A DNA stretch of 64,000 nt, from positions 192,001 through 256,000 of the forward strand of contig CAWANJ010000009.1 in NCBI GenBank assembly GCA_963783385.1, read 5' to 3'. Under the pieces are notes generated by a model. That model did not search any database. It was not told the origin of the DNA and saw only the letters and a list, made by a program, of their open reading frames with translations. Origin of the DNA: an uncultured Gemmatimonadales bacterium. GTDB taxonomy: Bacteria; Gemmatimonadota; Gemmatimonadetes; Palauibacterales; Palauibacteraceae. A program made the position numbers and the translations under genes. Below are positions 27,789 to 35,988 of the stretch, piece after piece. Each line of letters starts with the position of its first letter. Positions within the stretch are counted from its first letter, which is position 1.

Positions 27789-28952
27789 ATGGCCAGGGAC
27801 TACTACGACATCCTGGGAGTCTCCCGGGACGCCGACGAACAGGAGATCAAGAAGGCGTACCGGAAGCTGGCCATGAAGTACCATCCGGACCGCAACGACG
27901 CGCCGGAGGCCGAGGATCGCTTCAAGGAGGTCACCGAGGCGTACGAGGTACTGCGGGATCCCGAGCAGCGGGCCCGCTACGACCGCTTCGGCGAGGCGGG
28001 CGTGGGTCGAGGAGGAGGCCCGGGAGCGGGCGGCTTCGGCGGCGCCTTCGACCTGGGGGATGCCTTCGAGCTGTTCATGCGCGAATTCGGGGGCATGGGC
28101 GGCGCGTTCGGCGACATGTTCGGCGGCGGGCGCCGGCGGGGGGGACGCACGGGCCCCCGGCGAGGCAGCGACATCAGGGTCCGGCTGTCGATCGAGCTGG
28201 CCGAGGCGGCCCGTGGCGTCGAGAAGACGCTGCGCCTGAAGATCCTCGACCCGTGCGAGCGCTGCGACGGCACCGGCGCCGAGCCGGGCACCTCCCCGGA
28301 GACGTGCCCCACCTGTGGGGGGGCCGGCGAGGTGCGCCAGGTCCAGCGCTCGATGCTGGGCCAGCTGGTGAGCGTACGACCATGTCCCGACTGCGGCGGT
28401 GAGGGCGTGCGCATCGCCAGCCGGTGCGAGGCGTGCCGCGGGGATGGCCGGGTGCGGGAGGAGCGCACGATCAAGGTCGACGTTCCGGCCGGGGTCTCGT
28501 CCGACGACGTGCTCAAGCTGAGCGGTCGGGGCAACGCCGGCCCGCGCGGCGGAGGGCGTGGCGACGTGCTGGTCGTCATCGACGTCGAGGCGGATCCCCG
28601 GTTTGAGCGCCGTGGGGACGACCTTCTGATGGACCTGCCGGTCACCTTCAGCCAGGCGGCACTCGGGGCCGAGATCGAGGTCCCGACGATCGAGGGCACG
28701 GAGACGGTCTCCGTACCGGCCGGGATCCAGGGCGGTCAGGCCATCCGGCTGCGGGGTCGTGGCATGCCGCGGCTTCGCGCCTCGGGCCGCGGCGACCAGA
28801 TCGTGCGGGTGCGCGTGTGGACGCCGGTCGACCTGAGCCGGGAGCAGCGCGAGGCCCTGGAGCGGCTGGCCGAGACCGAGTCCGAGCCTCCCGCCCCCGA
28901 CCACAGGGAGCCGGGCTTCTGGGAGCGGGTCAAGCAAGCGTTCACCGCGTAG
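27789..28952 (+). CDS. dnaJ: Chaperone DnaJ
   Basis: DYYDILGV, HPD, G/F-rich region, four CxxCxGxG repeats. Confidence 0.97.
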   Translation: MARDYYDILGVSRDADEQEIKKAYRKLAMKYHPDRNDAPEAEDRFKEVTEAYEVLRDPEQRARYDRFGEAGVGRGGGPGAGGFGGAFDLGDAFELFMREFGGMGGAFGDMFGGGRRRGGRTGPRRGSDIRVRLSIELAEAARGVEKTLRLKILDPCERCDGTGAEPGTSPETCPTCGGAGEVRQVQRSMLGQLVSVRPCPDCGGEGVRIASRCEACRGDGRVREERTIKVDVPAGVSSDDVLKLSGRGNAGPRGGGRGDVLVVIDVEADPRFERRGDDLLMDLPVTFSQAALGAEIEVPTIEGTETVSVPAGIQGGQAIRLRGRGMPRLRASGRGDQIVRVRVWTPVDLSREQREALERLAETESEPPAPDHREPGFWERVKQAFTA

Positions 28953-28974
28953 GGCGGCGCGGGCGAGGTGGGAA

Positions 28975-31023
28975 CTACAGCAGTCCGCGGCGAATGAGCG
29001 CCTCCGCCGGTTGGCGCCAGTCCTCGGGCTCGGCGGTGTCCGCCCAGTCGGGGGGCAGCAAGGAGCGACGCGAAGACCAGATCCTCCCGACGCGCCACGC
29101 TCTCTGCAGCGTCGCCCACAGGGCCCGCACGCCGGATCGGGTGCCGAGCACGGTGTGCCGCGCCCGATCGGCGTGACCGCCGCGGAGCGCCCCGGCGCCC
29201 TTCCTCTCGGACAGCGCCAGGTGGGTGGCCGAGCGCACCAGCGCCAGGTGCGTGAAGGCCTGCGGGAAGTTGCCCAGGAAGGCGCCGGTGTCCGGGTCGA
29301 TCTCTTCGGAATAGAGGCCCACGTCGTTGGCGTGGCCCAGCAGGTTCTCGAACAGTCGACGCGCCTCCGATTGGCGTTCCGTCAGGAGCAGGGCGTCCAC
29401 CAGCCAGAAGCTGCAGATGAGGAACGCCCCCTCCTGGCCCTCGAGTCCGTCGGCGCTGGCGTAGCGGCGGACGAAGTCGCCCTCCCTGAGCGTCGCTTCG
29501 ACCCAGCGCACCGTGGCGTCGAGCACGTCCTCGCCCGCCGGAAAGCCCACACCGGGCGTCATGAGCAGGGCGGCGTCGGTGGCGTTCTCGTCGTAGGCCT
29601 GCCGCAGCCCGCCGGTGTCGGGGTCCACGCCCCGGGACAGCACCTCGTCGCGGATCCGGTCCCTGAGCTCCACGGCGTCCGCGTCCCCGAACATCCGGTG
29701 GATGCGGTCGGCGGCCACCCAGCTCATGATCTTGCCGTACACGTGCTGCCTCGGGCCGGAGCGCATCTCCCAGATGCCGCGGTCGGGCTCGTCCCAGCGC
29801 TCGGCCACGTGGTCCAGGAGCGAGTGTAGGAAGCGCTCACCCTCCTGCGAGAACCGGCCGCCCAGGATCGTATACAGCAGGGCCCAGTCGATGACCTCCC
29901 CGTACACGTCCAGCTGCTCCTGTCCGTAGGCGTCGTTGCCCACCCGAACCGGACGGCTGCCGCGCCAGCCTTCCAGGTGGTCGAGCGTCGACTCGGCGAG
30001 CTCCGTCTCCCCGAGGATCCCGTACATGATCTGGATCGCCGGACGGGTGGCCTGCGTGGCGCGCATGAGGAACGTCGAGAAGTCGTGGGCCTCACCGGTG
30101 TAGCCGATGGCCGACAGTGCCTGCAGCGTGAGGGTGGAGTCCCTGAGCCAGCAGTACCGGTAGTCCCAGTTCCGTCGTCCGCGCGGCCACTCGGGGAGGG
30201 AGGTGGTGGGGGCCGCCACGATGGCCCCGCTGGGCGCGAAGGTGAGGAGCTTGAGGACGAGGGCGCTCCGCAGGACCTCGCTCTCGTAAGGGCCCTCGTA
30301 CCGACAGTAGTCGGACCACTCCTCCCAGAAGGCCCGGGTGATGTCGTGGAGCCGGTCCACGCGTCGGGCGGGATCCTCAGCGCGGATCGGCGCCGAGGCC
30401 AGCACGAGCCGCCTGCGCTCGGCGGGAGTGGCCGTGAATTCGGCTTCGACGAGCCCGTCTCCGTCTCCGGGTCGCCAATCGACCTCTCCCCACAGCTCCG
30501 GCCCGTCACCGTCGCAACGGACCCGGTCCCCCGCCACCGAGAGGGCCGGCTTGCGGCGCGCGAACTCCGCGGACGGCCGGCAGCGCACGCGCAGGGGCAC
30601 GGAGCCCTCGAGGCCGTCCACGACCCTCACGAGCCACGACGGGGTGCGAAGGGTGGTGTAGTCGTGCACGCCGCAGCCCACGGCGCGTCCCACGGGCATG
30701 AAGTCGGTGACCGACACGGAGCCCCGCTCGGTCCGGAACACGGTCCGCAGGAGGTTGGTGCGGGGTTCGTAGGACCGGTGCACGGTGTGCTCGACCCGCG
30801 GACGGATGGAGAAGAAGCCGCCCCTGCTCCAGTCCAGGATGCGGCAGAGGACGGGGTCCGCGTCGAACCTGCGAAGGCAGCACCAGTCCACGCTCCCGGC
30901 CCGGGAGACCAGCGCCGAGCCGTGACAGTCGCCGATGAGCGCGTACTCTCGCAGGGAAGGGTAGGGGCCGGACTCCGCGGGGGCGAACCGCGGGTCGGCG
31001 CTCCCGGAGGGGGTGTCGGTCAA
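28975..31023 (-). CDS. GH15 glycoside hydrolase (trehalase-like subgroup)
   Basis: TTG start overlaps the glk stop; YALIGD, AAPTTSLPE, RNWDYRYCWLRD, QLDVYGE, GIWE, EGAFLICSFW, GNFPQAFTH. Confidence 0.9.
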   Translation of the reverse strand: MTDTPSGSADPRFAPAESGPYPSLREYALIGDCHGSALVSRAGSVDWCCLRRFDADPVLCRILDWSRGGFFSIRPRVEHTVHRSYEPRTNLLRTVFRTERGSVSVTDFMPVGRAVGCGVHDYTTLRTPSWLVRVVDGLEGSVPLRVRCRPSAEFARRKPALSVAGDRVRCDGDGPELWGEVDWRPGDGDGLVEAEFTATPAERRRLVLASAPIRAEDPARRVDRLHDITRAFWEEWSDYCRYEGPYESEVLRSALVLKLLTFAPSGAIVAAPTTSLPEWPRGRRNWDYRYCWLRDSTLTLQALSAIGYTGEAHDFSTFLMRATQATRPAIQIMYGILGETELAESTLDHLEGWRGSRPVRVGNDAYGQEQLDVYGEVIDWALLYTILGGRFSQEGERFLHSLLDHVAERWDEPDRGIWEMRSGPRQHVYGKIMSWVAADRIHRMFGDADAVELRDRIRDEVLSRGVDPDTGGLRQAYDENATDAALLMTPGVGFPAGEDVLDATVRWVEATLREGDFVRRYASADGLEGQEGAFLICSFWLVDALLLTERQSEARRLFENLLGHANDVGLYSEEIDPDTGAFLGNFPQAFTHLALVRSATHLALSERKGAGALRGGHADRARHTVLGTRSGVRALWATLQRAWRVGRIWSSRRSLLPPDWADTAEPEDWRQPAEALIRRGLL

Positions 31024-32048
31024 CCCGCGCTCCGCGTCGCCGCCCCGTCTTGTCCGGACGCCTCTTCCCCCCCGTGCGAGGCGGCCGCGGCGGCGCCCAG
31101 CAGTCCGACATCCTCGTCCAGGATGACGCGGACGGGAATGGCCTCCATGTAGGCGCGCATCCGCCCTTTGTCCCGGAAGGCGTCCATGAAACGTCCGTCG
31201 CGGAGAGCCGGGAGGAGTTTGGGAGCGATGCCTCCGGCCACGTACACGCCGCCGCGAGCGCCGATGGTGAGAGCGACGTCGCCCGCCACCGCACCGTAGC
31301 AGCGCACGAACAGGGACAGGGCCCGCTCGCACAGACGGTCGTCGCCCGCCAGGCCGTGCCTGGAGACCACCGCGGCCGGATCCTCCTCCTCCATCTCGCC
31401 GCGGACTTCGGCGCGTTCGGGAGGGTCGCCTGCCTCCCGCAGGTACCGGTAGATATCAGCGAGGCCGTCACCCGACAGGACCCGTTCGCGGGAGGCGCGC
31501 CCGTAGCGCTCGGCCAGGAAGGCGGCCAGGCGCCGTTCGACCTCGTCCCGCGGGGCGAAGCCGGCGTGCCCACCTTCGGACGAGTAGACCCGCGGAGGGT
31601 CGATCGAGGGGTCCAGGTAGCCTACCCCGAGGCCCGTTCCCGCGCCGACCAGGCCCACGGGCGCCCCTTCGATCGGCTCGCCGGGCTGCAGAACGGCGAG
31701 CTCCTCTGGATCGAGGAGGAGAACGCCGTGACCAATGGCATCGAAATCGTTCAGGAGGCGCACCCGCCCGATCCCCGTGGCCCGCTGCAGGTCCTCCTCC
31801 GCCACCACCCAATCCAGGTTGGGCAGCCGGCTGCGACCGTCCTCCACGGGCCCGGCCAGCCCGAAGCAGGCCCGCTCCGGAACGTCCTCCTCTTCGGACA
31901 GGAAGGCCTGGACGATGGGCTCGAGGGCGTCGTACTCCGGGCTGGGCCACCGATCCTCGCGGAGCTTCTCGGGCCGCCGCCCGGAGGAGGCTCCGTAGGT
32001 GGCGAGTCGGGCGTGCGTGCCCCCGATGTCGCCCGCCAGCACCTTCAA
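31020..32048 (-). CDS. glk: Glucokinase
   Basis: LAGDIGGTHARL, LLNDF, GAGTGLG, SEGGH, ERVLSGDG, GGIAP, FRDKGR. Confidence 0.93.
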   Translation of the reverse strand: MKVLAGDIGGTHARLATYGASSGRRPEKLREDRWPSPEYDALEPIVQAFLSEEEDVPERACFGLAGPVEDGRSRLPNLDWVVAEEDLQRATGIGRVRLLNDFDAIGHGVLLLDPEELAVLQPGEPIEGAPVGLVGAGTGLGVGYLDPSIDPPRVYSSEGGHAGFAPRDEVERRLAAFLAERYGRASRERVLSGDGLADIYRYLREAGDPPERAEVRGEMEEEDPAAVVSRHGLAGDDRLCERALSLFVRCYGAVAGDVALTIGARGGVYVAGGIAPKLLPALRDGRFMDAFRDKGRMRAYMEAIPVRVILDEDVGLLGAAAAASHGGEEASGQDGAATRSAG

Positions 32049-32851
32049 GGCGCGGGCTCCCCGCCGGGCCGCGCCAGGCGGGAGGCCGCGGCGGGATCCA
32101 GGATCCAGGTGCCGCGTCGTGCCAGCTGGGCGGGGCACACCTCCGGAGCCCACGGCGCCTCGAGGGCGCGCGCCACGGCATCGGCTTTCCGCTCCCCACG
32201 GGCCAGGACCAGGACGTGGACCGCCGCCTCCAGCACCGGCGGGGTGATCGTCAGGCGGTCCGGGGGGGTCGCGGGCGCGTGTACCGGCACGACCCGAAGC
32301 GTGCGCTCCGACAGGGCCGGAGAGCCCGGAAACAGCGAGGCCGTGTGACCCTCGCGTCCGATGCCGAGCATGAGGACGGTGAGCCGGGCGGGGAGCAGGG
32401 TGTCGTACGCGCCGGCGGCCGCCTCACGGTCCGGACGCTCGGCCTCCATCCGGTGCACGCGGCCCGCCGGGAGTCCGAGCGGGTCGAGCAGGGTCTCGCG
32501 CGCCATCCGGTAGTTGCTGCGTGGATCCCCCGGCGGCACGCAGCGCTCGTCGCCGAAGAACACGTGCATACGCTCCCACAGGGGGTCCCGCGCGGTCGCC
32601 AGCCAGCGGTACACGGGCTCGGGAGTGGAGCCGCCGGAGAGCGCGACCGAGCCCTCGCCGCCCGACGCCGTGGCCTCGGCCAGCATCTGCCGCAGGGACA
32701 CGCCGGCCGTCTCGATCCAGTCTTCGTCGGGGACGACCCGGACGGACCCAGGCAGGGGACCGCCGCTCCGGCCGCGGACCGCTGCGGTGGCCGCGCGCTC
32801 GGCGGAACCGTGCTCGCCTCCCCGCGCCATGCGCCGGTCGGCTCCACTCAC
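32045..32851 (-). CDS. pgl: 6-phosphogluconolactonase
   Basis: ALSGGSTP, FGDERCVP, SNY, LGIGREGHTASLFP, RLTIT. Start is GTG 32851 or ATG 32830. Confidence 0.93.
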   Translation of the reverse strand: MSGADRRMARGGEHGSAERAATAAVRGRSGGPLPGSVRVVPDEDWIETAGVSLRQMLAEATASGGEGSVALSGGSTPEPVYRWLATARDPLWERMHVFFGDERCVPPGDPRSNYRMARETLLDPLGLPAGRVHRMEAERPDREAAAGAYDTLLPARLTVLMLGIGREGHTASLFPGSPALSERTLRVVPVHAPATPPDRLTITPPVLEAAVHVLVLARGERKADAVARALEAPWAPEVCPAQLARRGTWILDPAAASRLARPGGEPAP

Positions 32852-34407
32852 AGGGTCCGCCAGCTCCGTCCGTCCCGGGCCAGGAGCTCCTCGGAGGCGG
32901 CAGGCCCCCACGACCCGGCCTCATAGTTGGGGAAGTCGGCCGGGGCGGACGACTCCCAGCGGTCGACGAGCGGGTCCACGACCGACCAGGCCTCGTAGAT
33001 CCAATCGGCGCGCGCGAACAGTCGCTGGTCCCCCTCCATCACGTCGAGGATCAGCCAGGCATAGGCCCTGGGCGGCTGGTCGACGCCGAACGCCGTCGCG
33101 TATCCGAAGTTCATGGTGACGGGCCGCAGGCGAATGCTGGGACCGGGCTGCTTGGCCACGAACTGCTGCAGGATCCCCTCTTCCGGCTGCAGCCGGAAGG
33201 CCAGGACGTTGCCGCTCAGATCGTCACGGTCGTCCACCTGGAACATGAGGTGGGGCGTGGGCCGGAACTGGATCGCCACCTCCGTGAGCTTGCGCTTCAG
33301 GCGCTTGCCCGTGCGCAGGTAGAACGGGACGCCGGACCAGCGCCAGTTGTCCAGCGTCAGCTTGAGGGCGGCGAACGTCGGGGTGGTCGACGAAGGGTCC
33401 ACGTCCGCTTCCTCCCGGTACCCGACCACCTCCGACCCTCCCATCGTCCCCGGACCGTACTGGCCGCGTACGGCATCGCGCCCGGGGTCGAAGGGCGTTA
33501 CCTGTGCCGCCTGCAGCACCTTGACGGTCTCGTCCCGCAGGGAGCCGGCGTCGAAGGTCACGGGGGGCTCGATGGTGGTCATGCAGAGAAGCTGGAGCAG
33601 GTGGTTCTGCACCATGTCCCGGACCACGCCGGTCTCCTCGTAGAATCCGGCTCGCGTGCCAATGCCGATGTCCTCGGCGACGGTGATCTGCACGTGGTCC
33701 ACGTAGTTCCGGTTCCAGATCGGCTCGAAGGCCGGATTGGCGAACCGGAACACGAGCATGTTCTGGACGGTCTCCTTCCCGAGGAAGTGGTCGATCCTGT
33801 AGATCTGCTCTTCGTCGAACACCGCGCGGATGCGGCCATCCAGCTCCCGGGCCGAAGCCCGGTCCTCGCCGAACGGCTTCTCGATGACCAGGCGGCGCCA
33901 GCCGTCCTCGCTGCGGGCGAGCCCGCTCGCGTCGAGGTGCTCGACGATGGGACCGAAGAAGGGCGGAGGGGCGGCCAGGTGGAAGAAGACGTTGTCCGGG
34001 ATGCCCCGCTGCTCGCGCACCTCCTCCACCCGCTTCGACAGACGCCCGTAGCCTTCCTCGGACTCGAAGTCGCCGGCCACGAAGTAGAGGCACCCGGCCA
34101 AGCGCCGCCACGTCTCCTCCCGAAAGGAGCATTGCTCCTGCACGGACTTCCGCATCGCCTCGCGGAAAGACTCGTCGTCGTAGTCGCCCAGCGAGTAGCC
34201 GAGCATGGCGAACGGGTCCGGCAGGAGGCCCTTGGTGGCGAGCTCGTACAGCGAAGGGATGAGCTCGCGGTGCGTCAGATCGCCGGCCGCACCGAAGATG
34301 ACCATCACGCAAGGGGCCGGCGGGTGGATCTCGCCGAGTCCCGCCTCGGAGGTCTCGATGCCGCGAGGCGGAGTGCCGGCGGACGGCGGTCCTTCCTTGG
34401 CGCCCAC
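32848..34407 (-). CDS. zwf: Glucose-6-phosphate 1-dehydrogenase
   Basis: IFGAAGDL, EKPFG, RIDHFLGKE, RDMVQNH, RWSGVPFYLRTGK. Confidence 0.96.
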   Translation of the reverse strand: MGAKEGPPSAGTPPRGIETSEAGLGEIHPPAPCVMVIFGAAGDLTHRELIPSLYELATKGLLPDPFAMLGYSLGDYDDESFREAMRKSVQEQCSFREETWRRLAGCLYFVAGDFESEEGYGRLSKRVEEVREQRGIPDNVFFHLAAPPPFFGPIVEHLDASGLARSEDGWRRLVIEKPFGEDRASARELDGRIRAVFDEEQIYRIDHFLGKETVQNMLVFRFANPAFEPIWNRNYVDHVQITVAEDIGIGTRAGFYEETGVVRDMVQNHLLQLLCMTTIEPPVTFDAGSLRDETVKVLQAAQVTPFDPGRDAVRGQYGPGTMGGSEVVGYREEADVDPSSTTPTFAALKLTLDNWRWSGVPFYLRTGKRLKRKLTEVAIQFRPTPHLMFQVDDRDDLSGNVLAFRLQPEEGILQQFVAKQPGPSIRLRPVTMNFGYATAFGVDQPPRAYAWLILDVMEGDQRLFARADWIYEAWSVVDPLVDRWESSAPADFPNYEAGSWGPAASEELLARDGRSWRTL

Positions 34408-34411
34408 CCTC

Positions 34412-35311
34412 CTACTCCTTCCGGACGGCGTGGCCGCCGAACTGGTTGCGGAGCGCGGCGATGGTCCGGTAGGCGAAGCGCTCCTCGGTTCGGGAGTCGA
34501 AGCGCTCGAACAGCGCCGTGGCGATCGCCGGGACCGGAACCGCCTTCTCGAGCGCGAAGTCCACGGTCCAGCGGCCCGTGCCGGAGTCGTCCACGTAGGG
34601 CGCGATGTCACCGAGGTCGTTCCCCTCCTCCTCGAAGGCGTCCTCGAGGAGCTCGAGCAGCCAGCAACGGATGACCGAGCCGTGCTGCCACACCGACGCG
34701 ATCTGCTCGAGGTCCAGGTCCCAGTCCGATGCCTGCAGGCACTCGAACCCCTCGCCGATCGCCTGGAGCATGGCATACTCGATCGCGTTGTGGACCATCT
34801 TCACGAAATGGCCGGCTCCGCTGGGTCCGACGTGGGCGTAGCCCTCCTCCGGGGCCAGCGTGGCGAGCAGGGGCTCGACGCGCTCGAACGCCTCGTGCGG
34901 TCCGCCGATCATCATGCAGTAGCCGATCTTCAGCCCCCACACCCCTCCGCTCACCCCGATGTCCAGGAAGTGGACGCCGCGAGCCTCGCATGCCTTCGCG
35001 TGCGCGATCGAGTCCGGGTAATGGGAGTTGCCTCCGTCGATGAGAATGTCGTCCGCGTCGAGGTGAGGCAGGATCTCCTTGATCGTGCTTCTGGTCGGCT
35101 CGCCGTGCGGAACCATGACCCAGACGATCCGTGGCGCCTCGAGGGCTCCCACGAGCCCCTCGAGCGAATCGACCCCCTCGGCCCCGGCCTCCTCGGCCTT
35201 CTTCACGTTCTCCCCGGACAGGTCGTAGCCGACCACGTCGTGACCGTCCTGCACGAGGCGGCGGACCATGTTGCCGCCCATCCGTCCCAATCCTATCAGC
35301 CCCATCTTCAT
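34412..35311 (-). CDS. gnd: 6-phosphogluconate dehydrogenase (decarboxylating, short type)
   Basis: GLGRMG, DGGNS, GVSGG, GHFVKMVHNAIEY, DSGTGRW, LRNQFGGH. Confidence 0.95.
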   Translation of the reverse strand: MKMGLIGLGRMGGNMVRRLVQDGHDVVGYDLSGENVKKAEEAGAEGVDSLEGLVGALEAPRIVWVMVPHGEPTRSTIKEILPHLDADDILIDGGNSHYPDSIAHAKACEARGVHFLDIGVSGGVWGLKIGYCMMIGGPHEAFERVEPLLATLAPEEGYAHVGPSGAGHFVKMVHNAIEYAMLQAIGEGFECLQASDWDLDLEQIASVWQHGSVIRCWLLELLEDAFEEEGNDLGDIAPYVDDSGTGRWTVDFALEKAVPVPAIATALFERFDSRTEERFAYRTIAALRNQFGGHAVRKE

Positions 35312-35314
35312 CGT

Positions 35315-35971
35315 CTAACTTCCTTCCTCGGTTTCATCGTCGACATCGTCGTCCACTCCCGTCAGCTCGACCCCCACGTCCCGGAGCCCCCGGGCCACCG
35401 CGCCGGCGCCGTCCGCCAGCACGGCCCGCAGGCCGACCTCGCGCGCCACGAACACGTTCTCCTCGCGATCGTCCACGAAGGCGACCCGATCCGGGTCGAG
35501 CCCCGCGATGTCCAGGGCTATGTGGAAGATGCGTTCCGCGGGCTTGCGCACGCCCAGGTAGCAGGAGCTGAAGAAGGCCTCGAACAGGGCGTTGAGGCCG
35601 AAGCGCCGGATGCGGTATTCGTTGAGCTCGCGTGATTCGTTGTTGAGCGTGGCGAGCCGCACGCCGCCCGAGTCCCGGAGCCGGCCCACGAGGTCGAGCA
35701 CGTCCCGGTGAGGCTTCGAACGCTCTCGCATGAAGCCCTCGAAGTCGTCCCTCGAGAAGGACCGGTCCCGGTAGAACACGGTGTGGTCCAGGTAGAACGC
35801 CAGCCCGAGCTCGCCCCGCTCGAACTCGGCGTACAGGGCGTCGTGCCGCCGCTCGAGCTCGTCGTAGTCCAGAGAGAAGTGCTCTGCGGCGGCCCGCCGC
35901 GAGGCGTGATCCCAGCCGTTGGTGAGGCACACCCCGCCCACGTCGAAGAAGACGGCGAGGGGGGAGGCCAT
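35315..35971 (-). CDS. HAD-IA family phosphatase (sugar-phosphate phosphatase-like)
   Basis: FDVGGV, LNN, RKP, FVDDREENV. Confidence 0.85.
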   Translation of the reverse strand: MASPLAVFFDVGGVCLTNGWDHASRRAAAEHFSLDYDELERRHDALYAEFERGELGLAFYLDHTVFYRDRSFSRDDFEGFMRERSKPHRDVLDLVGRLRDSGGVRLATLNNESRELNEYRIRRFGLNALFEAFFSSCYLGVRKPAERIFHIALDIAGLDPDRVAFVDDREENVFVAREVGLRAVLADGAGAVARGLRDVGVELTGVDDDVDDETEEGS

Positions 35972-35988
35972 GGCCGCGCTCCGCCGAT

